Assembly (NCBI GenBank): GCA_963796275.1 | Contig: CAWCKY010000003.1 | Coordinates: 416,001-480,000, forward strand | Direction: 5' to 3' | DNA length: 64,000 bases | Source: an uncultured Acidobacteriota bacterium | Lineage (GTDB): Bacteria > Acidobacteriota > Blastocatellia > RBC074 | Part shown: positions 49,935 to 59,999 of the stretch, one piece after another | Layout of the letters: each line of letters opens with the position of its first letter | How positions within the stretch are numbered: the first letter of the stretch is position 1 | Translations under genes and position numbers: made by a program | The notes under the pieces: model-generated | The model's input: the letters and a program-made list of their open reading frames with translations, nothing else | What the model was told of the DNA's origin: nothing | Database searches by the model: none

Positions 49935-51026
49935 ATGAAAAAGCGAGCCGCTGGAATCATCAAATCCGCAACTCATCTAATCATCCTTTATGCCGTGTCG
50001 GTAGGTTGTGCCGCAACCTCTTCAGCCCAGGGTAATCGAGGGAACCCGAGCAATCCACCGCCGTCCGGGCGTACCGGCGGTGTAGTATCTCATTCCATCC
50101 GCGGCAAAATCTATCTTCCATCCGGCACTTTGCCCGAGCAGCGCATTCGCGTGGTGCTCGAGCTCAATACCGGTGGGATAGCGGGAGAAACTTTCTCGGA
50201 CTCTGTCGGTAATTTTGAATTCCGTTCGCTGCCGGCCAATTCCTATCGGGTTGTCGTCTATCCGGACAACCAGAGCTTTGAAACCAGCCAGGAGAGTGTC
50301 GATCTTTACGGGAACATCCCGCGCACGTTCATGGTGCAGGTCTACCTGAAAGAAAAGAGCGATGGGCGGATTTTCAAACCTAAGGATAAGATACTCTCGG
50401 TCGCGGATTTTCAGGAAATTCCGAAGGCCGCCAAGAAGGCGTATGGGAAGGGGCTTAAGCTGGCCCAGGACAATAAGGCGGAAGCCGCGGCGGCACGATT
50501 CGAAGAGGCGATCATCGTATTCCCGGAGTATCTGCATGCCATCAACAAACTCGGCGAGCAGTATGTTGCAATGAATAAGCTCTCCGAGGCGCAAACGATG
50601 TTCGAACGGGCTATCGCTCTGAATGAGAAATTCGCGCTACCGCACATCAATCTGGGATTGCTCTACGTCAACCGGAAAAGTTATGAGCAGGCCATTAAAT
50701 CGTTCGAGGTCGCCAATGGACTGGATGAGACCTATCCGATGTCGCATTACTATCTGGGTGTTTCGTTGTTGAGCAGCAGCACGCCGGACCCGGAGCGCGC
50801 AGAAAAAGAGCTGGAGCGCTCGCTTGCGCTTGGCGGGAGGAATTTTGTAGCCGCGCGAAAGTATCTCTACAATTTGAGTCTGAGGCGCTCGGATTTGGTA
50901 AAAGCCGCGGAACACCTCGAGGCCTATCTGAAAGATGCGCCCGATGCTCCCGATGCTGAAGAAGTACGGCAGCGACTTTTATTTGTGAAGAAGGCGATCG
51001 AGGAAAAGGGTGCGGCGAAACAGTGA
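49935..51026 (+). CDS. Secreted TPR protein with carboxypeptidase-regulatory-like N-domain
   Basis: Signal peptide from MKKRAAG (GGAGG RBS), SDSVGNFEFRSLP, several TPRs. Confidence 0.8.
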   Translation: MKKRAAGIIKSATHLIILYAVSVGCAATSSAQGNRGNPSNPPPSGRTGGVVSHSIRGKIYLPSGTLPEQRIRVVLELNTGGIAGETFSDSVGNFEFRSLPANSYRVVVYPDNQSFETSQESVDLYGNIPRTFMVQVYLKEKSDGRIFKPKDKILSVADFQEIPKAAKKAYGKGLKLAQDNKAEAAAARFEEAIIVFPEYLHAINKLGEQYVAMNKLSEAQTMFERAIALNEKFALPHINLGLLYVNRKSYEQAIKSFEVANGLDETYPMSHYYLGVSLLSSSTPDPERAEKELERSLALGGRNFVAARKYLYNLSLRRSDLVKAAEHLEAYLKDAPDAPDAEEVRQRLLFVKKAIEEKGAAKQ

Positions 51027-51041
51027 CTAAGCCGAGAGATA

Positions 51042-51083
51042 AAAAGAGGGAGAATATGCTATTGGAATATTCTCCCTTCTTCT
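51042..51083. terminator. Probable bidirectional hairpin terminator between convergent genes
   Basis: agggagaatat-gctattgga-atattctccct, flanked by purine-rich and pyrimidine-rich tracts. Confidence 0.65.
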
Positions 51084-51093
51084 TAATGCAAAT

Positions 51094-53559
51094 TCATCGT
51101 TTGCTCATCACATAAACTCCGCCTGAAGATGAGGCCGCATAGAGTCTGTTCGAGTCGAAGGGATATGCGGATAACGACCAGAGCCTGGGGCTGGGCAATT
51201 GGCTGATATCGAGCTTATACCAGGTCATCCCCCGATCCCGCGAGTGATAAAAACTGTTACGCATGTCATCAGAGGCGTAGAGTTCGTCCGGATTTGCCGT
51301 GTTTATGGCTATTGCTCCGACATCTGAAAGCAGGGCCATTCCTCCGCCGCGGTTCTCCCAGCTGCGCCCGCCATCGGTCGAACGGAAGAAACCCGTCGAG
51401 GTGCCGAGATAGATCGTCTCTGCCGTTCGCGGGTCGAAGATTACGGTATGGATGTGCCTCACCTCATTCTCGATCGGCAGATGGTTGAATGTCTCGCCGT
51501 TGTCAACCGATACATATAACCCAGCCACGGTGCCGACATAGATCACTCCGGGCGCGTGCGGAGATGTAGCGACGGCATTGACGCGCGTTTGTCTGGGAGA
51601 AGGTGCATTTTCGGCTACCGCGCGCAGACTTATACGCTTCCATCCTTTCTTCACATCATCGCTGCGATAGAGCCCATCCCAGGTCGATGCTATTAACCAA
51701 TTCGATTGAGCATTAGATCCGAGACTATCGACCGCGCCGCTTTCACTGATACTGGCGATTTCGACTTCCCGCCGCGGGATGAACGGCACGAGCGATAAGA
51801 CCTGGGTTTGCAGATCGACGGGATCGTTCGGATTCGGTTTTGGCTGCGGAGGAGGAGATGGCGGCCTCTTCGATTTTGTGATTGTGCCCGCGCTTTTTTT
51901 CGGAGAAGATTTGGATTTTCGCGGGCCATTCTTTGCGGCCTTTTGCGCGATCTGTCCGATTTGCTTCACTCTCCGGGGCCGAATTTCCTGCTCAGTCGGG
52001 CGGTTTTGCCCAGGCTCGCCGGTGACAGGGCCATGGTCTCCTCCCTCGCTTTTCTCCTTAATCTCTTCTTTGAGAATACTTCTTTTTTGACTGAAGTCCA
52101 ACTGCGACCCTGATCGTCAGAACGGAAGAGGCCGTGGTTGGTACCGGCAAAGATCGTCTCGGGATTTACCGGCGATTGATAGAGCGAATAGACATCGCGC
52201 ACGCCCATCCCGGTCATCGATTGCTGCCACGACAAGCCGCCGTCTTCACTGATAAAAAGGCCGCTGTTCGATCCATCGAAGATGATTCCGGCGTAAACTC
52301 GTCCGGGCACTTTCCGATCGGCGAGCACGGTGCGCACCTGACGATTGATGAATCCGGCATTGCTCCGGTCGTAGGTTTCTCCGCCATCATTGCTGACCAG
52401 TACGCCGTGATCTTCAGTTCCGAGAAAGACGCGATCAGGTCTATCCGGATGAACTGCGATGGCATTGATCACGAGACGGATCGAAGTCACCCGCACCCAA
52501 CTATCAGGCCCGCCGTGATTGGACGAGAGCCACAATCCTTCCGTTGTGCCGGCGAAGATCACATCAGGCCTGGTCGGATGCTGATAAATTACGTGCGTGC
52601 GGCGGCTGGTATAAGGAATGCCCTGAATCTTAGTCCATCGGAGGCTGTCATCGATAGCGCGGTAGATGCCGCTGCATGCGCTCATCAATACCGTCTCAGG
52701 GTTCGCTTCGTCGATATGGATCGCAAAGATATCGGAGTCGTCGATCATCCCCGTCTCTTTCGAGCCGGCCCGGTTCCATATGAGACCGCCGTCGATCGTT
52801 CTCCAGGGCAGATGATTGGTGCCTACGTAGATCGTATTGACATCGCGCGGATCTATCGCGACCGAATGAAAGCCTCTCAGCTCAGGATCGTTCTCGGGTG
52901 TTATGCGCTTCCAGGTTTGCCCCCGATCCATTGTGCGATAGACGCCATCGAGGGCCGCTGCTACGAGCACATTTGCGTCTTTGGTGGATTGCACGATCCC
53001 GCGCACCGCGCGTCCTCGCATACCCTCGAAATCACGCCAGGTCTCGCCATCGTCTTCGCTGATAAAAATATTGCCGCCCCTGGTTATTTCACCCTGCGGC
53101 GTCACGGCTTTGACCCCGGCAAAAATGATCTGGGGGCGTTCCCTGTCGAAGAGGATGATTGTCACCATAAACCCAGATGCTTTGATGCCCGGGCGTATGC
53201 GTTTCCAGATTTCGCCGCCATCAGCCGAGCGAAAAATTTGCCCATCGCTCGTGCCCAGCAAAATTCGGTCAGCATTGCGCGGATCGATCGCCAGGGCGGT
53301 TACATCGCCGCCGAATGGTCCGGTTATCTGCCATACACGTTCATTCAGGATCCGCCCCGGCGCGGAAATTGACGGTGTCGACCGCGTTCGGATTGGCGTT
53401 ATTACTTGGGGAACGGGAGGGGTCGCCTATCGATACGGCCTCCGACGAAACTTGCCCGTACGTGACAAGAGTGGCGGAAGCAATAATATAGAGGAGGAGG
53501 AACGAGAATAGGTTTTTCAATCTATCAAGCAAGGCACCAGGTGTCATCAATTTCTCCAT
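51094..53559 (-). CDS. Secreted BNR/Asp-box (YCF48/sortilin-like) beta-propeller protein, split into three ORFs by two apparent frameshifts (~53368, ~52080)
   Basis: The signal-peptide ORF 53341-53559 continues off-frame as RILNERVWQITGPFGGDVTALAIDPRNADRILLGTSDG. Repeated SxDGGxxW boxes occur in both 51966-53261 and 51094-52101. Confidence 0.8.
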
Positions 53560-53788
53560 TGCCGAAATACCAGTCTAAGCCGGCAGGGAGTCCAGCAAAT
53601 AAAGGAGGAGGCTAGATTCTAAATCAAAATCGTCAAAAGGGGAAAACGGATGATGGGAAGATACCCAAGACATAATAAGAAAAAGATGATGGCAATCTGT
53701 TAATCCGGGAGGCTGTTGCGAATTGGCGCTTTTGGACATTGTATTTATCGCGCTGGAAATTCGTCTTCTGATAGCCGAAAATATTGCA

Positions 53789-54865
53789 ATGAAAATAACC
53801 CCCATCAGGTTAAATATATTCCGCGTAACATATGTTGCGCTTTTATCGATTCTTATTATTTCCCTCTCCAGCGTTTCAGCTCAGCAGCAGAAAGAGAATG
53901 AGCCGGTGACGTTGAGGGATCTCAATAAAATGCTGCGCGAGTCGGTAGGACGCAATATGACAGAAGCTGACCTCGCGGTTTATATCGAGCGATTTGGAAT
54001 CGCATTCGATCCGACGCCTGATGTGGTCAGCCGCCTGCGGGCGAACGGCGCGCATGCGCATTTGATCAATACGATCAAACGTGAGTCCGAAAAATTGTCG
54101 GCATCAGCCGGGAAGGTTGTTGCGATCGGCCCGCAAGCGCCTGATCCATTTATTGAGGAGACCCGAAAAGTCGTGCGTGATTATGTGGACGAACTTCCGG
54201 ACTTCATTTGCCGTCAGGTTGTCGAGCGTTATTACGATTTTGAGGGGCGCGGCGCATGGGATAAGGCTGATACGCTGACCTATGAGCTGACCTACAACAG
54301 AAAACGCGAGTCATACAGACCGCTGAACGCCATCGGCCGGCCGGTCACGCGCGCGATCGATCAGTCGGGGGGAGCTATTTCTACTGGCGATTTCGCATCC
54401 GGACTCGCCTCACTTTTTGATGCGGAGACCAAAACGATCTTCACCCCAGCGGGGAAGGAACGTCTGGGCTCCCGACAAACGCGCGTTTATGACTTTCGCG
54501 TGCAAAAAGAATCATCAAAACTGCAGGTGAAGGCGGAAGGCTCTCCGGCAATCATATCGGGCTACAGCGGCACGATCTGGATCGATGATGAGACGAAAAA
54601 CGTCCTGCGGATGGATCAAGCTGTCGACGACCTCCCTAAAGGGTATCCGGTCACCAATTCTGAAAGTTCGATCGATTACGATCTCAGCAAACTGCGCGGC
54701 ATAGAAGTCGATTTTCTTCTTCCGATTCGCGTTGAATTCATCATCGCCGACCGCCGGGAGAAGAAGTATTTCCGTAATTTGATCTATTTCAAGTTCTATC
54801 AGAAGTTCGAGACCGACATCAAGATCATCGATGATCCGGCGCCGGTTCCGCCTAATAAGCCGTAA
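53789..54865 (+). CDS. Secreted hypothetical protein
   Basis: Signal peptide from MKITPIR; small helical N-domain; beta-rich body with [13 protein letters not shown] and YSGTIWID. Confidence 0.72.
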   Translation: MKITPIRLNIFRVTYVALLSILIISLSSVSAQQQKENEPVTLRDLNKMLRESVGRNMTEADLAVYIERFGIAFDPTPDVVSRLRANGAHAHLINTIKRESEKLSASAGKVVAIGPQAPDPFIEETRKVVRDYVDELPDFICRQVVERYYDFEGRGAWDKADTLTYELTYNRKRESYRPLNAIGRPVTRAIDQSGGAISTGDFASGLASLFDAETKTIFTPAGKERLGSRQTRVYDFRVQKESSKLQVKAEGSPAIISGYSGTIWIDDETKNVLRMDQAVDDLPKGYPVTNSESSIDYDLSKLRGIEVDFLLPIRVEFIIADRREKKYFRNLIYFKFYQKFETDIKIIDDPAPVPPNKP

Positions 54866-54907
54866 CGACAAATCTTGTGCCGGTGCCACAAGATACAACA
54901 ATTCAGT

Positions 54908-54994
54908 AATTTCATTTTACATTTGTCATTTAATGTTTGTCATTTGTCATTGAAGATAGGCAGCTTCTTCAATGACAAATGTAAAATGATAAAT
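54908..54994. repeat. Inverted heptamer arrays (ATTTGTC)n/(GACAAAT)n between convergent genes, possible terminator
   Basis: catttgtcatttaatgtttgtcatttgtcattgaaga...tcttcaatgacaaatgtaaaatga. Confidence 0.75.
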
Positions 54995-55004
54995 CGACCT
55001 GTTC

Positions 55005-55877
55005 CTATGCGTTTTTGGTAGCGACGATCGTACGTGGAATTCCGCGCAGGTCTTTCAGTATTCGTAGATCAGACCAGACCGCCGGATCTATCATCGCAGA
55101 AATTGCATCGGATTGTGTATACCCCATCTCGCAAATCAGATAACCGCCAGGTTTCAGCCGCGCCGGCGCATCGCTGAGAAGACGCCGATAAAATGTGAGC
55201 CCGTCATCGAAATCGGTCAGAGCAACCTTCGGCTCCCAATCGCGCACTTCGCGCTGCAGCATTGGCAGCTCATGCCGTGAAACATAGGGCGGATTTGATA
55301 TGATGATGTCGGCGAAAGGAATATCGGCGAAAGCATCGAACAGGTTTGCCACGATGAAGTCGATCCGCTCGGACATCACATTCCGTGCTGCATTGCGTTT
55401 TGCTACTGCAATCGCCGCGGTCGAAATATCGGTCGCGATCGCTCTCAACCCATCTATCTCTCTGGCCAGTGTTACTGCGATGCAGCCGGAGCCGGTGCCG
55501 GCATCGACTATCAATGGCCGGTTGAAACTAGCCTGCTGCACTATCCGAATCGTCTCTTCAACGATGAGCTCAGTCTCTGGCCGTGGGATCAAAACATCGG
55601 GGGTCACTTCGAACTCCAGTCCGAAAAATTCCTGGTGCCCGGTGATGTATTGCAGCGGTTCGCCCGCTGCCCGCCGCTCGATCAATGACTGATACTTGAT
55701 CCGTTCGCCATCCGAGAGAAGCCGATTGAAGTTGATGATGAGGTAGGTACGGTCTCGACCCAGCGCTTCCGCCAGTAGCGTCTGGGCATCCAGCAGGTCG
55801 TTGGGGACCGATGCTTCACGCAAGTATTCGCTGGCGCGTTTGAGTACCTCCGCGATGGTTGCAGATGAAGCGATCAC
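55005..55877 (-). CDS. prmC: Release factor glutamine methyltransferase
   Basis: [31 protein letters not shown]; downstream of prfA. Confidence 0.95.
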   Translation of the reverse strand: MIASSATIAEVLKRASEYLREASVPNDLLDAQTLLAEALGRDRTYLIINFNRLLSDGERIKYQSLIERRAAGEPLQYITGHQEFFGLEFEVTPDVLIPRPETELIVEETIRIVQQASFNRPLIVDAGTGSGCIAVTLAREIDGLRAIATDISTAAIAVAKRNAARNVMSERIDFIVANLFDAFADIPFADIIISNPPYVSRHELPMLQREVRDWEPKVALTDFDDGLTFYRRLLSDAPARLKPGGYLICEMGYTQSDAISAMIDPAVWSDLRILKDLRGIPRTIVATKNA

Positions 55878-56032
55878 CCGAAATTCACCAAAAAATCACA
55901 AAAGGCACGAAATATAATATAGAAAGAGAAGGCGCGAGGATCGTGAGTCTATGCCGGCTATTCTTTGGGCAATTAATTTCCCCGGGCGATTCGGTAGATA
56001 TACTCTGGCGATTTAGGCAATTTCGCAACGTT

Positions 56033-57124
56033 TTAGCCGACGCTCGCAACCTGCTTTTCCGTCTCTTCCTTGAGTTTCTCTGCCTGAAAATGTGTGACGA
56101 CCGCGTCGATCAACTCATCTAGATAGCCTTCCATGATCATATCAAGTTGATGAATGGTGAGGCCGATGCGGTGATCGGTGACGCGGTTCTCTTTGAAATT
56201 GTAGGTTCGGATTTTTTCCGAGCGGTCACCCGAGCCAACCTGTGAACGCCGCTCGGCCGAGATGGCCTGCTGCTGCTTCTGTTGCTCCACTTCGAGAAGG
56301 CGCGAGCGCAATATTCTCATTGCCTTTTCGCGGTTCTTGATCTGCGATTTTTCATCCTGCATGGACACGACGAGTCCCGTCGGGGTGTGCGTGAGCCGGA
56401 CTGCGGAGTAGGTTGTGTTGACCGACTGACCGCCCGGCCCGGATGAACAGAAAGTGTCGATGCGGAGGTCTTTCGGATCGATCTTGATGTCTACCTCTTC
56501 GGCTTCGGGGAGGATTGCGACAGTTACAGCCGATGTGTGGATGCGCCCGCTCGCTTCCGTCTGTGGGACGCGCTGCACTCGGTGGACGCCCGATTCGTGT
56601 TTGAGTTTGGAGTAGACCCGGTCGCCTTCGATAATGGCTTCGCCCTTCTGAATGCCGCCCAACCCGGTCTCCGATGAATCGGTGACCTGCAACTTCCAAC
56701 CCTGTCTTTCGGCATAACGTGCGTACATCCGCAGAATTTCCGCGGCGAAGAGACAGGCTTCTTCACCGCCCGTTCCCGCGCGAACCTCGAGGATAACGTT
56801 CTTTTCGTCGTTCGGGTCTTTGGGAAGAAGCAGAATTTTCAGGTCGTCCTCGACCTGAGTGCGTTTCTCTTCGAGCTCGGGCAGTTCGAGGACCGCCAAT
56901 TGGCGCATCTCTTCGTCATCGACATCGCGCAGTATCTCGCGGGCGCCGGTGATGTCGGTATCGAGTTTCCTCAACTCACGATACTTCTCGACCACAGGTT
57001 CGAGCTCGCGATGGTGCCGCGCCGCTTTGGAGTAACGCGCCTGATCGCCGATCACGCGCGGGTCGATCATTTGCTGAGTCAACTCCTCGTAGGTCTTTTC
57101 AATTGCTTCGAGTTTTTCACGCAT
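56033..57124 (-). CDS. prfA: Peptide chain release factor 1
   Basis: [17 protein letters not shown] (PxT), [17 protein letters not shown]. Confidence 0.97.
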   Translation of the reverse strand: MREKLEAIEKTYEELTQQMIDPRVIGDQARYSKAARHHRELEPVVEKYRELRKLDTDITGAREILRDVDDEEMRQLAVLELPELEEKRTQVEDDLKILLLPKDPNDEKNVILEVRAGTGGEEACLFAAEILRMYARYAERQGWKLQVTDSSETGLGGIQKGEAIIEGDRVYSKLKHESGVHRVQRVPQTEASGRIHTSAVTVAILPEAEEVDIKIDPKDLRIDTFCSSGPGGQSVNTTYSAVRLTHTPTGLVVSMQDEKSQIKNREKAMRILRSRLLEVEQQKQQQAISAERRSQVGSGDRSEKIRTYNFKENRVTDHRIGLTIHQLDMIMEGYLDELIDAVVTHFQAEKLKEETEKQVASVG

Positions 57125-57180
57125 ATTTAGTCGGCAGTTGTCGGTTACGTGGATTGAGCGCTCTATGTCCCGACAACCGG

Positions 57181-58443
57181 CTACCGGTTGCCGACTACCG
57201 GTTGCGGTTCCAGCTTCAGTGATTCCTGGAGCGCGTATATCGCTACTTCCAACTGGTCGGCGGATGGCTCTTTCGTCGTCAGGTTCTGCAACCAGATGCC
57301 TGGTCGCGTAATGATGGAAAAAATCTTGCTCGTCTCTTTTCTGCCAGCCGCGCGGATGATCTCATAGGAGATGCCGGCGATCAGTGGGATCAGTGCGATG
57401 CGTATCAGCATATTGAAAGTGAGATAATCGAACTTAATCACGGAAAAGAGAATTATCGAGACCAGCATCACGACCATCAGGAAACTGGTCCCGCAGCGCG
57501 GATGCTGGCGCGGATAGCGCTGCGCATTCTCCACCGTCAGATCTTCACCAGCCTCCCAGGCATAGACCGTCTTATGTTCGGCGCCGTGATACTCGAATAT
57601 CCTTTTGATGTCATCGAGCCGCGAAAAACCGTAAATCATCAAAATGAAAAAGAGCATCCTGATCATTCCATCGACCAGATTGAATGAAATGGAGGGTCGC
57701 ACGGGCTTGAAATACGGCGCAACCCACATCCAGATCGCCTGATACCATGACGCATCTGCGGTAACTGTATGCTCCGGCGAAACCTGCGGCGCATAACCCC
57801 AGCCGAAATGGATGAATAATATGTTGGTCAGGAGAAACGGCACCACGATGAAGAGGATAACGTTGAAGAGTAGCATGAAGGCTATCGAGCCGGCGGCGAA
57901 TCCGGTTTCAGCCATTTTCCCGCTTCCCCCTTTCGCTTCAGTCGCTCCGGTCGCCCGGTCAGTACCGGTTTTTGCCCCATTTGCTCCGTTTGCCCCATTT
58001 GCTTCTGGTGTTTCGGCGTTCAAATAGGCAACGATCCTGCTGGAAATTTGATCGGGTGCTTCGATAGCGTGCGCGGCGGTGATGTATGCGCCGGTTGCGG
58101 CCGCCGCTTGCGCTGCCGGTTTAGGTTCGTTCTCCTTTTTGTCTTTCTTACTCAGCTCTTCGACAGTACTCTCTTCTGTAGCTATATCCTCAAGAGCTAC
58201 AGTTGCTGAGAAGTTGATCGCCTTGATGCCGAGCAGCATTGAGTGAATCAGCACCGCACCACCCCGGAGGATCGGTACTCGGAGAATTGGAAACTTTTCA
58301 CTTAGTTTCGGCAATCGCTCCGCTCTTGAGACGATGGTGCCGTCCTGCCGGCGCACAGCCACTGCGTAGGAATTGGGCGCGCGCATCATGACGCCCTCCA
58401 TCACCGCCTGCCCACCGACAATGATCTCTTTCTCTCGGCTCAT
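57181..58443 (-). CDS. DUF1385 (YqhQ-like) membrane protein with low-complexity insertion
   Basis: [33 protein letters not shown]; rpmE-DUF1385-prfA-prmC gene order. Confidence 0.9.
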   Translation of the reverse strand: MSREKEIIVGGQAVMEGVMMRAPNSYAVAVRRQDGTIVSRAERLPKLSEKFPILRVPILRGGAVLIHSMLLGIKAINFSATVALEDIATEESTVEELSKKDKKENEPKPAAQAAAATGAYITAAHAIEAPDQISSRIVAYLNAETPEANGANGANGAKTGTDRATGATEAKGGSGKMAETGFAAGSIAFMLLFNVILFIVVPFLLTNILFIHFGWGYAPQVSPEHTVTADASWYQAIWMWVAPYFKPVRPSISFNLVDGMIRMLFFILMIYGFSRLDDIKRIFEYHGAEHKTVYAWEAGEDLTVENAQRYPRQHPRCGTSFLMVVMLVSIILFSVIKFDYLTFNMLIRIALIPLIAGISYEIIRAAGRKETSKIFSIITRPGIWLQNLTTKEPSADQLEVAIYALQESLKLEPQPVVGNR

Positions 58444-58452
58444 ATAAATCTC

Positions 58453-58671
58453 TCAAGCCTTGGCCGGTTCTTTATATCTGCCATATTTCTTTTGGAATCG
58501 CTCGACGCGGCCGGCTGTGTCTACCAGCTTCTGTTTGCCGGTGAAGAACGGATGGCAATTCGAGCAAATCTCGACATGCAGCTCCTTCTTGGTTGATCGC
58601 GTCGTCCACGACGCCCCACACGCACAGACCACGCGGCAGTCTTGATATTCCGGATGGATACCTGGTTTCAC
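58453..58671 (-). CDS. rpmE: 50S ribosomal protein L31 (Zn-binding type)
   Basis: [37 protein letters not shown]. Confidence 0.96.
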   Translation of the reverse strand: MKPGIHPEYQDCRVVCACGASWTTRSTKKELHVEICSNCHPFFTGKQKLVDTAGRVERFQKKYGRYKEPAKA

Positions 58672-58752
58672 TTCGAAATCTCCTTTCTCTAAAACAAAAT
58701 TTCCCCCACTGCATATTCAATACGCGTGTGGGCGAAAAAGCGACAACGTACA

Positions 58753-58782
58753 AAATTAGCCGATCAATAAACAATCTGTCAA
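58753..58782 (-). promoter_or_regulatory. Candidate sigma70 promoter for the rpmE operon
   Basis: The minus strand reads TTGACA-N18-TAATTT. Confidence 0.4.
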
Positions 58783-58808
58783 GGCAAGGTCGCTTGGTTA
58801 CAAAATAG

Positions 58809-58854
58809 AAAGAGAACACAAAACCACAAACCATTGTGCTTTTGTGTTCTCTTT
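58809..58854 (-). terminator. Hairpin downstream of the nonaheme cytochrome gene
   Basis: aaagagaacacaaaaccacaa pairs with ttgtgcttttgtgttctcttt. Confidence 0.6.
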
Positions 58855-58871
58855 AGGTTTCTTGCGATGAC

Positions 58872-59885
58872 TTAACCCGAGGTCGGGAAGACCTTAAAGT
58901 CGATACGCTTGTGGCATCTGTCGCAGGATCCCCCGCCGTTGTCTCCCGGCTCACCGCTGAATACCGTGCGACCGAAGTGCACGCGTCCGTCGTGGCAACT
59001 GAAACAACCACGCCCGCTGCGTTCTCCCGGATTGAGGTGCTGTTTGACCCTCACCGAAGTCGGAGTCGGCTGGTTAAATCCGCCTGAAATGGTATGACAC
59101 TCTTCACATCTGCCGGCTACGTACTCGACGTGCGCCTTGTGCGTAAACAGTGCGCCGAATGCGCGGCTGATGTACTTGAGGGAATATTCCTGAACGGTCT
59201 TCACGCTCTCCGTGTGGCAGCTCTTGCAATCGGATTTTTGACTGGCCTTCTGGTCGGGGCTCCCGGGAGAGTGGCAGATGAAGCATTCAGGATGCGATGG
59301 GATAGTCAGGAACGAAGGCTTCGCATCGTCTTTGTGGCAGAATCTGCAATCGGTCTTCGTGTTTGTATTGGGTAGATTGTAGGTGATGTGCAGCTCGTGT
59401 TGCTTGGCATCGAAGAAGGCATTGAAATCATACCGCCTCGGGAAGTCGCGCTGCGCGGGGCGCACCGGTAATCCGTTTAATAGTCCGCCCTCCGTCTGGT
59501 GACAGATCGTGCACGTCTGCTGGGGCGTCGCGGTGAATTGCGTAACGTGGCATTCGATGCAAGCTTTGTGACCGGGGAATTTCAGAAGGTATTTATTGTT
59601 GCGGTCGGTCGTCCCGACGATTACCTTGTCCAGTTCCGCCTTGGGAAGATTCTGATGGCACGAGTCGCATTTCAATATGCGAGCGGAGCTCGTTCCGGGC
59701 ACATTGATCGTCCCAAGGTGCGATTCGTGCGTGAAGCGTTCGTAATTTATCGGCTCTTTACGCGGTTGGGGATTCGGCTTCTGCTGGCCTTGCACTGAAA
59801 AAGTGCCGTACATAAAAGCCGAAAAAACCAGGCAACAGAGCACGAGAGCGATTTTGATTTTCTCGATCCACATCATATCGATCAC
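58872..59885 (-). CDS. Nonaheme c-type cytochrome (three cytochrome c7-like triheme modules)
   Basis: Signal peptide; CDSCH, CIECH, CTICH / CRFCH, CFICH, CKSCH / CEECH, CFSCH, CDRCH, each triplet preceded by an HxxH motif. Confidence 0.9.
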   Translation of the reverse strand: MIDMMWIEKIKIALVLCCLVFSAFMYGTFSVQGQQKPNPQPRKEPINYERFTHESHLGTINVPGTSSARILKCDSCHQNLPKAELDKVIVGTTDRNNKYLLKFPGHKACIECHVTQFTATPQQTCTICHQTEGGLLNGLPVRPAQRDFPRRYDFNAFFDAKQHELHITYNLPNTNTKTDCRFCHKDDAKPSFLTIPSHPECFICHSPGSPDQKASQKSDCKSCHTESVKTVQEYSLKYISRAFGALFTHKAHVEYVAGRCEECHTISGGFNQPTPTSVRVKQHLNPGERSGRGCFSCHDGRVHFGRTVFSGEPGDNGGGSCDRCHKRIDFKVFPTSG

Positions 59886-59999
59886 TATTTTCTGAAAAGC
59901 AAAAAAAGCAAAAACTACAAAAAAGGCAAAATTTCTTTGTCCTTTTTGCGAAATTTTGCCTTTTTTGTTTACTTCTATATTCGCGCGAAAGAGCTCACA

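Noticed and set aside
52134-53372. 412 aa plus-strand ORF
   Set aside because: Antisense shadow of the BNR propeller gene; no motifs of its own.
58540-58570. CSNCH in the 72 aa ORF as a heme site next to the cytochromes
   Set aside because: It is the zinc-binding motif of ribosomal protein L31.
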